Below, piece by piece: positions 9,084 to 19,564 of a DNA stretch of 64,000 nt. Each line of letters opens with the position of its first letter. Position 1 is the stretch's first letter. The notes under the pieces are model-generated. The model was not told where the DNA came from and ran no database searches. It was given only the letters and a program-made list of their open reading frames with translations. The stretch comes from a virus (taxonomy: Duplodnaviria > Heunggongvirae > Uroviricota > Caudoviricetes): IMG/VR virus record IMGVR_UViG_3300028833_002727; one strand, written 5' to 3'. A program made the position numbers and the translations under genes.

Positions 9084-10703
9084 ATGGCAAATAGTAAAAT
9101 AGACAATCAAATGGAGAGAATGCAATTCCTCATGGAATACAAAACAACTCCAAAAGTTGACACTAAGGCTGGTATTGAATACACAATTAACACTGCTGAT
9201 GGTAAAACATATGGTATCATTCGTGAGAACAACATGTACTATATTAAAACAACAACTCCTGATAAAGCAAACATCAAGGAGTCTTACGAGTATATAGGTG
9301 GATATAACTATCGTAATGAGCATGGTTACAAGTCATTCAACGAGGCTACAAAACACCTTGAATTGGAACTTATGTGCATCAATGAGGCTATGGGTAAGCA
9401 CGAGGATGTTTCTGTTGTTTTGAATCCTAACAAAGGTAAAGAGGATATGAAAACGTTAACAGAGGCTGCTCGTACAGAGTTGGATAGAATGCACCAAATC
9501 TTTGAAAACTCATTCAAGAGTTCAGGTAAAGTAGGTTACAAAAACCCATTCAAAGACGCGGAAAGTAAGGGCACTGCAAGTGCTGAAAATACGGAGAAAA
9601 ACAACGCTCCTTTCGAAGATAAAGCAGAAGCGACTTTAGATAAAGATCCTAAATTTAACGGTACTGTTGATGGTGCTACACCAGACAACAAAAAAGTTGC
9701 TGATGGTACTGTAGATAGTGATTTACAATCTGATAAAATGAAAAGTGCCAATAGTGGTTCAGAAAAAGATTTCAAGGATACACACGACGATTTAGAGGGT
9801 GAAGGTGTTGCTGATAAAAAACCAAGTGGCGCTAAAGCCGTTAAAATGAACGAAGGTATTTTGGAAGAACCAATTGATGAACCTCATGAACCTTTGGCTG
9901 GTTTTGATGATGAGCCTGTTGGTGAACCAATTGATGAACCAACATTTACACCTGAAGATTTTGAAACTGGCGAAGAAACCACAGAAGAAACCCCAGAAGG
10001 CTTCATTAACGATTTCGATTTCGGAGAGGAAAGTAATATGTTAGAATCATTGTTAGAGGAATTTGCTGATGATTTAAACGTTGGTGATAGTGAACCCGCT
10101 CCAATTGCTGAAGAAGTTGAAAACGGTGGTGAAGATATTCTTAAAGGTGAAGGCGAAGGTGAAAAAGGTGGTAACAGTGTACATGGTGAGGAAACTATGG
10201 ATAAAATTGATGAGAACGCTGAAAACACTGAACCTGAAGGTGCTGGTGAAAAAGAAAGTAAAATCGTAGGCCCTGATGATGTAATGGATAGTGAAAAAGG
10301 CGCTGGTTCATTAGATGCTCAAAGTTGGAATAAATTACAAGAATCAATTGATAGAATTACTGACAGCATCTATGCTAGATTAAGCGAAGGTAAGAAAGTA
10401 AAGAGTGAAGAGAAAAGATTAGAGGAAAGATTACAAAAAGTTCTTGATAGAATTGTTGCTGAAGAAGTTCAGAAATTGGACGCATGGGGTAAACACCCAC
10501 GTTACCAAAAACCTGCTTTCGAAACTCCTGATAATAAAGAGGTAAGCGTAAATGGTTCTGAAGACTGGAACGACGACTCAACAAAGGGTTCAGAAGCATA
10601 TGGTAAGAAAGTTGGTAGTAGCGCTCCTTTTGATAAAACAGTTGACATGTTAACTGACGCGGTTGTAAACTACATCAAGGAGAATTACTTAAAAAAAAAG
10701 TAA
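9084..10703 (+). CDS. Acidic head-associated/scaffold-like protein (likely start ATG 9084)
   Basis: Glu/Asp-rich, many L/I/M-x-E sites, TATTTAT at 9043; ends at an A-AAA-AAG-TAA slippery site. Confidence 0.75.
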   Translation: MANSKIDNQMERMQFLMEYKTTPKVDTKAGIEYTINTADGKTYGIIRENNMYYIKTTTPDKANIKESYEYIGGYNYRNEHGYKSFNEATKHLELELMCINEAMGKHEDVSVVLNPNKGKEDMKTLTEAARTELDRMHQIFENSFKSSGKVGYKNPFKDAESKGTASAENTEKNNAPFEDKAEATLDKDPKFNGTVDGATPDNKKVADGTVDSDLQSDKMKSANSGSEKDFKDTHDDLEGEGVADKKPSGAKAVKMNEGILEEPIDEPHEPLAGFDDEPVGEPIDEPTFTPEDFETGEETTEETPEGFINDFDFGEESNMLESLLEEFADDLNVGDSEPAPIAEEVENGGEDILKGEGEGEKGGNSVHGEETMDKIDENAENTEPEGAGEKESKIVGPDDVMDSEKGAGSLDAQSWNKLQESIDRITDSIYARLSEGKKVKSEEKRLEERLQKVLDRIVAEEVQKLDAWGKHPRYQKPAFETPDNKEVSVNGSEDWNDDSTKGSEAYGKKVGSSAPFDKTVDMLTDAVVNYIKENYLKKK

Positions 10704-11305
10704 ATGAGGGTAGAACCTTATTGAAAGTTGGAAATGGACAGCCACAAGGTGGCGGAATGGATGCAATGTCACGACCACCTATGGATGCCGCTCCAATGCC
10801 ACAAGACGATATGATGGGCGGTGGAGCACCAATGGATAACAGTATGCCACCTGTTGGAGGCTCAGATGCTGGTGGTGCAATGCCACCAATGGACAATGGA
10901 CAAAGCGAGTTTGATACGAACTTTGACGCTGGCGTAGAGGCTGACGAGGATACTGATCCAGAAAAATACATCCAACAATTAACTGGTAAATTATCAACCA
11001 CATTAAACTCATTCAATAGTGAAAATGGTGATAATAGTGGATTAAACAAGTATGTTGCAAAAATGATTATTAAAGCGGCAACTAAGAATATGGATGATGC
11101 ATCTAAAAAAGAGATAATCAAAGCAATCAATACTTCTGAAAACCCAGAACCAACAGAAGAACCTGAAGGTGAACCAATGAATGATATGGGTAACGATGCT
11201 CCAGATATGCAGGGACAAGATATGCAAGGTATGGAGACACCAATGCAAGAAAGAGTAATTTCTAAAAAACAACTAGCAGAAATGGCTAAACGCCGTAAAA
11301 AATAG
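10700..11305 (+). CDS. Met/Pro/Gly-rich ORF in the -1 frame; probable frameshift extension of 9084..10703
   Basis: The -1 frame is open from the A9G run: KKK-VNEGRTLLKVGNGQ...; conserved-looking core FDAGVEADEDTDPEKYIQQLTGKLS. Confidence 0.75.
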   Translation, partial: VNEGRTLLKVGNGQPQGGGMDAMSRPPMDAAPMPQDDMMGGGAPMDNSMPPVGGSDAGGAMPPMDNGQSEFDTNFDAGVEADEDTDPEKYIQQLTGKLSTTLNSFNSENGDNSGLNKYVAKMIIKAATKNMDDASKKEIIKAINTSENPEPTEEPEGEPMNDMGNDAPDMQGQDMQGMETPMQERVISKKQLAEMAKRRKK

Positions 11306-11324
11306 TTAGTTGTTTGCATATAGG

Positions 11325-11362
11325 AAAAAAATGGCGATAGTTGCGAAACTATTGCCATTTTT
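11325..11362 (+). terminator. Intrinsic terminator
   Basis: aaaaatggcgatagtt-gcga-aactattgccattttt. Confidence 0.85.
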
Positions 11363-11401
11363 CATTTATAAACAATATTTATTATAAAAACATATAGTAT
11401 T

Positions 11402-11737
11402 ATGAGTAGAAAAGTACATTTAACAGAATCTCAAGTAGAAGAGATTGTAAATAAATTGAATGAGGATAACATTGAAGAGGGTAATGAACTCAATGTAAAT
11501 TATCAAAAACCGCCAACTGGCGTTGCAAACGTTCAAGATATGACAAATCAAATGACTGCTGCTAAAAAAGCCGCTCCTGGCGCTAAAGTAAATATGGTTG
11601 TTTCAGGCGAGGATTTGAATGTGATGGAAAGTTGTTACACTAAAAAACAAATTAAAGAGGCAAAATTGCGCTATTTGACTGAACATTCAACTTCATACAG
11701 TAAAAAAGATTTCAAGAACAGATTTATTAAGAAGTAA
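11402..11737 (+). CDS. Small leader-bearing protein
   Basis: MSRKVHLTESQVEEIVNKLNE; TATTTAT at 11376. Confidence 0.8.
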   Translation: MSRKVHLTESQVEEIVNKLNEDNIEEGNELNVNYQKPPTGVANVQDMTNQMTAAKKAAPGAKVNMVVSGEDLNVMESCYTKKQIKEAKLRYLTEHSTSYSKKDFKNRFIKK

Positions 11738-12912
11738 TGCGAAACATTATCATAAATAAAGAACAAGAACGCATACTTCTAGAAGCAAACCAACAGGATT
11801 ACGTATTATCTAAGGTTTCAAATAAAATCAAAAATGATATTGCAACAGATAATACGCCGCTTTCTTGTTTACCAATACCCCATAATGTGAATAAAAAGGT
11901 TATTGCCACTATTCTCACTAACGCTTATTTTAATGCACGTGATAATTTCAGCGATGACATTGAATCATTCCCTATAGATAAAGTTATTAACAAGTTAGAC
12001 AAGTTGGTTGCTATTTGTCAAAAGAAAGAAGAGAAGATACATAACGAACTGGAAAAGTTATGTGTCGATATTGCTACGTCTTATTTTAACTCAGATGAGT
12101 TAGCTGATTTAACTGTTGAATGTCGATTAGTCATGGACTTGTCACAAGATGATTTTCATATCGAGCCAACTAATGGTGTTGATGATGAGATTTCTAATCT
12201 TGATGAATATGATAAAAACGATATTGCAATTACTAATAGAAAAATCGCTAATACTATTGTTATGGGAGGCGCGCTATCCTTGTATGATAAATTACAAGAA
12301 ACGTTTATTTCTGAACTATTCAAATTAGACGAAGACTTACCACATTTGTATAGTAAGATATTAAAAATAAATGAATACCTTACATATGTTAGTGATGAAA
12401 CGATTACAGATAGAGATAACAAACAAAGTGGTTGTGTTAAAATAACGCTTGGTGGTGAAGAAGGCGATGAGATTGTTGCTGTTGGTACAATATTCCCATT
12501 CTTACTAATTGAGACTTTCCGTGGTTATTTAGAATTGATGTCTGATAATATGCTACCAAATAACGATTTTGAATTAGATAACATTACCGATAAGGCGGAT
12601 ATTCTAATGGATGAACCATGGTATATGATGTTAGGTAGAACAATATGGGATAAGATTGTTAGAAATGAAGATGATGATTTGACAATCATTAGTGAATTAT
12701 TTAAAATGGATGATAAATCATTCAATAAACTATTAACAAATATAATTGTTGGTACACATGACGCTGAGTCAATGATAGATAAGTTACATCGAATGGCAAG
12801 ATATAATTATGATTATGCTGATTTCGAAAAGGATTTAGCAAGAAGAAGAGAAGAAAATAATTTAATGATTGATGGTGGTGGTTTTATAGATAACGAAGAA
12901 TATAATAAATAA
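11737..12912 (+). CDS. Hypothetical protein with a leader-like N-terminus
   Basis: MRNIIINKEQERILLE; TAATG coupling to the upstream gene. Confidence 0.8.
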   Translation: MRNIIINKEQERILLEANQQDYVLSKVSNKIKNDIATDNTPLSCLPIPHNVNKKVIATILTNAYFNARDNFSDDIESFPIDKVINKLDKLVAICQKKEEKIHNELEKLCVDIATSYFNSDELADLTVECRLVMDLSQDDFHIEPTNGVDDEISNLDEYDKNDIAITNRKIANTIVMGGALSLYDKLQETFISELFKLDEDLPHLYSKILKINEYLTYVSDETITDRDNKQSGCVKITLGGEEGDEIVAVGTIFPFLLIETFRGYLELMSDNMLPNNDFELDNITDKADILMDEPWYMMLGRTIWDKIVRNEDDDLTIISELFKMDDKSFNKLLTNIIVGTHDAESMIDKLHRMARYNYDYADFEKDLARRREENNLMIDGGGFIDNEEYNK

Positions 12913-12923
12913 TTGACAGTTAT

Positions 12924-15900
12924 ATGGAAAAATTAAATAATATTACAATATCTGAAATCATAGCGCACTCACCAAACCGAGGCGTTTTTAAATTTAAAGA
13001 TCGTGAAACTGACTTATATTGGGGCAATCAACTTATGTTACCAGTAAATCAAACAAAAACGGCGTTATGTGCAATAGCTAAAAATGAAAATCGGTATATC
13101 CGTGAATGGATAGAACATTACAAGAATCTTGGAATAAAACACATATATCTTTATGACAACAATGAACTCGACGGTGAGCACTTTGAAGATGTAATTGGTG
13201 ACTATATCGATTCTGATTTTATAACTGTAATTGATGTGCGAGGTGTTCAAAAAGGTTTAGTATATGATAAAAATGGACTTAATTTACAGCCAAGATGTTA
13301 TAAAGAATGTTACGAAAAATACGGATATTCATATGACTATATGTGTTTTTTTGATATTGACGAGTTTCTAGAATTAAAAAATGGAATAACACTATCAGAT
13401 TATCTTACAAGTGAAAAAATAAAAGCATATGATACTATCCTTGTACCATGGGAAATTTATGACGATAACGGACAAATATTTTATGAAAACAGGCCTGTTC
13501 AAGAGAGGTTTACCACTGTTTCTACTATTAACAAATCACACCCGGTTAAATCAATATTGAAGACGTGTAAAAAATTATATAGTAACATAAGTGTAGATAA
13601 ATCACATTTTATGCTCACTAACGGACTGTCTGTTTGTTGGTCAGATGGAACGCTAGGCCCTGATTTTACAAAACATACATGGTATAGTATGCCAGAAGAA
13701 AATTTTAAAAAGTCAGTTATTAAACTAAAACACTATAGAACGAAAAGTTTTGAAGAATTTTATATTCGCCACTATAACGAATATTGGGGAACCAAGTGCG
13801 GTAATTTTAATAGTACTTCACAGAAATATTTTTGTGTTGATGATATAATTGAAAATTATTACCATGACAACGAAAGAAACAAAGAAAAAGATACTAACAT
13901 AAATAGTTTTTTACAAACAAAAAAAGGAAACGAAACTAATGATGTAACGTTTATAATACCCAATCGAGGGGGAGAACATGTTAATTATGTAATTAAAAAT
14001 TTTACCAACACATTTAAAAAATATTTTAACAAAATTAATTTCATTGTAATCAATCAAGTAGATGAAACAAGTTTTAAACGTGGACAATTATTTAATATTG
14101 CTTTTAGATATGTCAATACAAAATGGTTAGGCTTGATTGATAACGATATAGTAAATTTAAATAGTTTTAACCCTATAAAAAAATATGAGGAAAATGGATG
14201 CCCAATTGCTTGTTTCGATCATATTTCACAAGTTCATTTAGAAAACAATAAGACTATTGTTGACAGCACTAGAAAAAGTATTACTGGTTTTGGTGCTTTT
14301 AATTTTATGAAAAAGGAGGATTTTGGACACATTAATGGTTTCAGTAATTTAACCTTTGGCTGGGGAGCAGAAGACAACATATTTGCAGAAAAACTTCAGA
14401 TGGTAAGAATATCAAACACAATCGGGCATATCAGTCACCAACCAAGATATAACATAAATCCTATACTTTTATGCCTTAACAGAGATGTGAGACAAAAATA
14501 TAGAGACAAAAAAATGAACTATAAACTTGATGGAATGGTACAAACTACTTATGATATTGCAAAAATTAATCAAACAAATAATGTACTGTTTCTCGATGTT
14601 ACAAATATAGGCGTTCCAGATAATTTTAAATATAAAGAAATATTTTTAGAATTGAAAAAATATGAGGACTGTACAAATACAGCCATTCCAGGAATTAGTA
14701 TTTGTGTAACGGCATACAAAGCTGAAAAATACATAAAAGAAACACTTGATTCCATATATAGGCAAACATGGTTTAAAAATCATGATAACTGGGAAATAAT
14801 TATAGGTGTTGACGATTGTAAAGATACGTTGCAATATCTTCAGTTAATAAGACATGATTATGATGAACATTTACGCATATTTATGATGAGTTCTAACAAG
14901 GGTACATACGTAACAACAAATACAATTATGTGCTTAGCCAAATATGATGCTTTATTTAGATTCGATTCTGATGATATTATGTTGCCACAGTGTATAGAAA
15001 CTGTAATGAACAATCTAACAGATGTTGATTTTTTGCGTTTTAATATGGAAAATTTTACTGATTTTAAATCTGATATTAATCATAAACAAGTACAAATAAC
15101 ATTTGGGGTGCATGTAATTAAAAAAAATATATTCTTAAAATACGGTGGTTACAAACCTTGGCCTTGTTCAGCTGACACAGAAATAATTGAACGTTTGAAA
15201 AATGTAGCGAATTTTAAAATATTAACTGATGTTTTATTAAAAAGGCGCATACATAACGATAGCCTAACTCATAAGCCTGGCCCTAACCAACTGTATGGTG
15301 GAATAGGTTCAGAACGACAGAAATATTTGAATTACTGTTATAATATGAATGTGACGTCTGAAAAAGACGCAACCATTATATGTGTTACAAATACATTTAC
15401 GGAAATAGACAAAAACTATGAAATTAATGATTTTTGTACAAACAGTTATTCTAATTTGATTGTGACATTAACATCATGGAAAAAACGCATCATGAATATA
15501 CCAACTGTTTTGAGTACTGTATTAAATCAAACAAAGTCTATTAACAAAATAGTACTAAATTTATCAGTAGAAGAATTCCCAAATAAAGACAATGATTTGC
15601 CTGAAAATGTTTTAAAATTTATAAAAACACATAATATTATAGAAATCAACTGGATTAATGGAAAAAACACAAAACAATGGAAGAAAATTATACCAACCAT
15701 GCAGAAATATCCAAACGATTGGATAATATGTATTGATGATGATAAACTATATCCGAAAGAATTCATTGAAACACTTTGGAGTACTCATCTATTATATCCT
15801 AATAATCCAATTACATTGAATAAAACATATAAAATACATGGATGTTTGCAACATTCAGGTGTGGGTACTTTAGAATGCGCTAAATTTTATAACAATTTCG

Positions 15901-16277
15901 AAAATGTAGACATTGAATATATACAAAATAATACGGAGTCAAGTGATACGGTTTTTACATACCTGTTAAACCGAAATGGATATGAATTAAAACCTATATC
16001 TAGCCAATTGTTATTAACTTCTTATAATGAAATTGATCCATTGTCTGAAAAATTACACACTTGCAATGCGATAACACACAACACAACATGGGACTTGTTA
16101 TCACATAGATATGGGCAAATAAATACACAAGAATATTTATCAAATAAAAGGGTTAATGTGTGCCATTCCACAATAGCACAGCCTGAATTATCAAAAAAAC
16201 GTGTAAATATAGATTTGTATAATCAACATACCATGAACATCAAAAATAAACTAAAAAGAAAAACATTAAATATTTAA
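12924..16277 (+). CDS. Four-domain glycosyltransferase (GT92/GT2-like + GT7-like + GT2 + GT2-like)
   Basis: CAIAKNENRYIREWIEHY...FFDIDEF; FKRGQLFNI...INGFSNLTFGWGAED; ISICVTAYKAEKYIKETLDSI...RFDSDD; LIVTLTSWKKRI...CIDDD. Confidence 0.9.
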   Translation: MEKLNNITISEIIAHSPNRGVFKFKDRETDLYWGNQLMLPVNQTKTALCAIAKNENRYIREWIEHYKNLGIKHIYLYDNNELDGEHFEDVIGDYIDSDFITVIDVRGVQKGLVYDKNGLNLQPRCYKECYEKYGYSYDYMCFFDIDEFLELKNGITLSDYLTSEKIKAYDTILVPWEIYDDNGQIFYENRPVQERFTTVSTINKSHPVKSILKTCKKLYSNISVDKSHFMLTNGLSVCWSDGTLGPDFTKHTWYSMPEENFKKSVIKLKHYRTKSFEEFYIRHYNEYWGTKCGNFNSTSQKYFCVDDIIENYYHDNERNKEKDTNINSFLQTKKGNETNDVTFIIPNRGGEHVNYVIKNFTNTFKKYFNKINFIVINQVDETSFKRGQLFNIAFRYVNTKWLGLIDNDIVNLNSFNPIKKYEENGCPIACFDHISQVHLENNKTIVDSTRKSITGFGAFNFMKKEDFGHINGFSNLTFGWGAEDNIFAEKLQMVRISNTIGHISHQPRYNINPILLCLNRDVRQKYRDKKMNYKLDGMVQTTYDIAKINQTNNVLFLDVTNIGVPDNFKYKEIFLELKKYEDCTNTAIPGISICVTAYKAEKYIKETLDSIYRQTWFKNHDNWEIIIGVDDCKDTLQYLQLIRHDYDEHLRIFMMSSNKGTYVTTNTIMCLAKYDALFRFDSDDIMLPQCIETVMNNLTDVDFLRFNMENFTDFKSDINHKQVQITFGVHVIKKNIFLKYGGYKPWPCSADTEIIERLKNVANFKILTDVLLKRRIHNDSLTHKPGPNQLYGGIGSERQKYLNYCYNMNVTSEKDATIICVTNTFTEIDKNYEINDFCTNSYSNLIVTLTSWKKRIMNIPTVLSTVLNQTKSINKIVLNLSVEEFPNKDNDLPENVLKFIKTHNIIEINWINGKNTKQWKKIIPTMQKYPNDWIICIDDDKLYPKEFIETLWSTHLLYPNNPITLNKTYKIHGCLQHSGVGTLECAKFYNNFENVDIEYIQNNTESSDTVFTYLLNRNGYELKPISSQLLLTSYNEIDPLSEKLHTCNAITHNTTWDLLSHRYGQINTQEYLSNKRVNVCHSTIAQPELSKKRVNIDLYNQHTMNIKNKLKRKTLNI

Positions 16278-16286
16278 CCATTAGTT

Positions 16287-16781
16287 ATGACACCGTGTAC
16301 TGGAAATAAAGATGCGATGGTAAGAGCTGGAGCTAGACTTGGAAAAAATGTTTCAATTATTGGTGATGTACATTATTCTAGCGAGCCATATCTTATCAAA
16401 ATTGGAGATAATACAACAATATCATTTGAATGTGCATTTATAACACATGACGCAGCAACTCGCGTTATTCGTAATTTACCAGATGGAAATAAAGAAACGG
16501 TTATTTATGGAACGATAGAAGTTGGTAAAAATTGTTTCATTGGATGTAGGACAACAGTATTACCAAATGTAAAAATCGGTGATAATACTATCATTGGTGC
16601 ATGTAGTTTGGTATGCTCAGACATACCTTCTGGCGTTGTAGCGGCTGGAAATCCATGTAAAGTAATATGTACATTGGATGAGTACAGGGAAAAACATAAA
16701 GACGATTTTTTATATATGGTTTCATTACCACCAGATAAGAAGAAAACATATTTAATGAAACATTTTAAGATAAATGGATAA
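16287..16781 (+). CDS. Left-handed beta-helix (hexapeptide) sugar O-acetyltransferase
   Basis: EPYLIKIGDN...FITHD...IEVGKNCFIG...VLPNVKIGDNTIIGACSLV..DIP..VVAAGNPCKVI. Confidence 0.92.
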   Translation: MTPCTGNKDAMVRAGARLGKNVSIIGDVHYSSEPYLIKIGDNTTISFECAFITHDAATRVIRNLPDGNKETVIYGTIEVGKNCFIGCRTTVLPNVKIGDNTIIGACSLVCSDIPSGVVAAGNPCKVICTLDEYREKHKDDFLYMVSLPPDKKKTYLMKHFKING

Positions 16782-19530
16782 GAACAATTTTAACATACTA
16801 ATAGTACATTATAATACACCAAAGTTAACCGAGTGTTTAGTTAAAAGTATCAACAAATTTGTTGGTACCGATTGTACTATATACATATTTGATAATAGCG
16901 ACAAAAAACCATTCACATATAAACAAAGTAATTTAACGATTTTGGATAATACACATGGCGAAATAATCAATTTCGACAAATGGTTAGAAAAATATCCACA
17001 GCGTTTTCAGACAAAGGCTAAAATGAACAACTTTGGTAGTGCAAAACACGCATATACAATTGAAAAATGTTTTGATTTAATCCCGGGTAATTTTGTTTTA
17101 ATGGATTCTGATATTCTATTGAAACAAGACATATCAAAATTTGTTAATGACAACTATGTTTCTTGTGGTGAAATATTCAAAACAACAGTAGTAAAATCAC
17201 GTGTTTTACCATTCATTTGTTATATCAATGTTGAATTATGTAAAAAATACGGTATACACTTTTTCGACGAAAAAAGAATGAATGGTTTATATACTGGTAA
17301 ATATCCTGAGTCGTATGATACAGGTGCATCTTTCCTTGAAGATATAACAAATACAAAAGCACCATTTTTAAATATTAAATTAGATTCTTATATCGAACAT
17401 TTTAAGGCCGGAAGTTGGCTTAGTGAATCTAATGCATTACATAAAGCAAAAAGAACAGAGGAAGAATGGCTTGAGACAAACAAAAAATACTATTTCAATT
17501 CTGACATTGTTGTATCTCTTACAACGCATGGCGAACGTGTTAAATATATTCAACCAACACTAGAATCATTATTGAAACAGACAATTAAACCATACAAAAT
17601 TATAGTTGCATTGTCAGATGCTGATTATGCAAAAATTCCAAGTAATATCATTTCGTTTATGAACGAACATAAAATTGAAACAATTACTTGTGAAAAAGAT
17701 TTAGGCCCACATACAAAATACTATTTTGCAATGCAAAAATATAGGAACAATCCTATTGTAACTGTTGATGACGATATTGCGTATGATAATAATCTATTGG
17801 AATTATTATTAAAAGGTTACAATAAATTTCCAAACTGTGTAAGTGCAAATAGGGTTCACAAAATTAGATACAACACAGATGGCACGCCAATTGATTATAT
17901 GAAGTGGCAAATTCAATACAAAGATGAATATATGAAACCTTCATTTGATTTATTTGCTACTGGTGTTGGTGGTGTGTTATATCCGCCAAACATATTGGAT
18001 ATTGATGGCGTGCTCATAAAAGATATTGATAAAAGTTTCTTTGCTGATGATGTTTATTTGAAGTGGAGAGAAAACGAGTTGGGTGTACAAGTTGTTTATA
18101 CTGGTAATGGTAAATCATTAAACGGTAAAGAAGTTTCAAACGCAACCGTTAAATCGACTGGTTTAGCATTGGTGAACAATTTGAAAAACCGTAATGATGC
18201 TTATATTGAACAACTTGGTTTACGCAAGACAATTGTAAAAAATAAACGCGTTATCTATACATGTATTACCGGTAACTATGAAGCATTAGTACCTCTTACA
18301 AATCGTCAAAGTGATTTTGATTATGTATGTTTTACTGACAACAGTGGATTAACATCAGATTTCTGGGAGTTGCGCCCAGTTCCACAAGAACTATTAAAAT
18401 TGTCATGTGTTAAACAGCAAAGAATGATAAAAATTTGCCCGCATAGATATTTACCAGATTATGATGAATCAATATGGATTGATGGAGCAGTAGATGTGCT
18501 TTCTGATCCAAATAAATTCATTGAAAAATTCTGTTCTGATAGTAATAAATCAGTGTTTATTCGTAAGCACCCAAATAGAAACTGTATCTATACAGAGGGG
18601 CTGACATGTATAAAACTGAGAAAAGATAAAGCGGCAATTGTAAATCCACAGTTAGATAAATACAGAAAAGAGAATTTCCCTAGAAATTTTGGTTTGGCGG
18701 AAACTAATATTATATATAGGAAACACAAAAACCCATATTGTGTTAAACTAATGGATTTATGGGCTATTGAACTGTTGAATGGTTCACATAGGGATCAGTT
18801 ATCATTCAATTATGCATTATGGAAAGTCGGAAGTGATGGATTTAAATACTTATATATGCGTTTGACACATAACCCATATTTCAAATGGTATACATCGCAT
18901 AACAGAGGAAGGGTTGCCGCCGCTTCATCTAAAAAAAAAAAATTACAACAGTCGACAGTACCAAAATGCAACACTTCATTTGGGGTTAAAAAGGACGAAA
19001 ATAAGAAAACCGTCCAGGTAAAAAAACACGTTCCAGAACAGAAAAAAGTAAAAGTTTCAGCACAAAGACATACGATTGGGCCTAAAGAAATATCACAAAC
19101 TGTTGATAAACCGAAAAAAATCGAAATTAAAACTAAACCTGTTGTAAAAAAACAAGTGCAACATGAAAAGGCTATTGTATCAAAACCAGTTGTGCGTGCT
19201 AATCCAATTGTATTCAAAAAACCAACAGAATTGGTAATGAGTGGTTTGGGTAGTAAATATGTTCCATTAACAAAACCTATTGAAGCACCTAAACCAGTTG
19301 AGAAACCTAAGTCAGTTGCAATAAAAACAACACAGCCGCAAAACAAAAAGAACAAACCAGTTAATGTTATAGTGCCAAAGAATGAGAATGTGAATGAGAT
19401 TAAAAAAACACAGGTTATTTTAAAACAAGGTACGCGCGTGTTGTCAAGAAGAGTTGATAATATTTCTGGAAAGAAAATGGAAAGAGTTAATAAACGAAAT
19501 AGTAGCAGTAGAAGTGGTTTTTTCAGATAA
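16774..19530 (+). CDS. Three-domain glycosyltransferase (GT2-like + GT2-like + DUF616-like) with a Lys/Pro-rich tail
   Basis: IVHYNTP...LMDSD; IVVSLTTHGER...TVDDD...TGVGGVLYPP; VIYTCITGNYE...IWIDG...RDQLSFNY. Confidence 0.88.
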   Translation: MDKNNFNILIVHYNTPKLTECLVKSINKFVGTDCTIYIFDNSDKKPFTYKQSNLTILDNTHGEIINFDKWLEKYPQRFQTKAKMNNFGSAKHAYTIEKCFDLIPGNFVLMDSDILLKQDISKFVNDNYVSCGEIFKTTVVKSRVLPFICYINVELCKKYGIHFFDEKRMNGLYTGKYPESYDTGASFLEDITNTKAPFLNIKLDSYIEHFKAGSWLSESNALHKAKRTEEEWLETNKKYYFNSDIVVSLTTHGERVKYIQPTLESLLKQTIKPYKIIVALSDADYAKIPSNIISFMNEHKIETITCEKDLGPHTKYYFAMQKYRNNPIVTVDDDIAYDNNLLELLLKGYNKFPNCVSANRVHKIRYNTDGTPIDYMKWQIQYKDEYMKPSFDLFATGVGGVLYPPNILDIDGVLIKDIDKSFFADDVYLKWRENELGVQVVYTGNGKSLNGKEVSNATVKSTGLALVNNLKNRNDAYIEQLGLRKTIVKNKRVIYTCITGNYEALVPLTNRQSDFDYVCFTDNSGLTSDFWELRPVPQELLKLSCVKQQRMIKICPHRYLPDYDESIWIDGAVDVLSDPNKFIEKFCSDSNKSVFIRKHPNRNCIYTEGLTCIKLRKDKAAIVNPQLDKYRKENFPRNFGLAETNIIYRKHKNPYCVKLMDLWAIELLNGSHRDQLSFNYALWKVGSDGFKYLYMRLTHNPYFKWYTSHNRGRVAAASSKKKKLQQSTVPKCNTSFGVKKDENKKTVQVKKHVPEQKKVKVSAQRHTIGPKEISQTVDKPKKIEIKTKPVVKKQVQHEKAIVSKPVVRANPIVFKKPTELVMSGLGSKYVPLTKPIEAPKPVEKPKSVAIKTTQPQNKKNKPVNVIVPKNENVNEIKKTQVILKQGTRVLSRRVDNISGKKMERVNKRNSSSRSGFFR

Positions 19531-19564
19531 ACAAGTATTTATTATAAAGAATATTACGTGAGAT

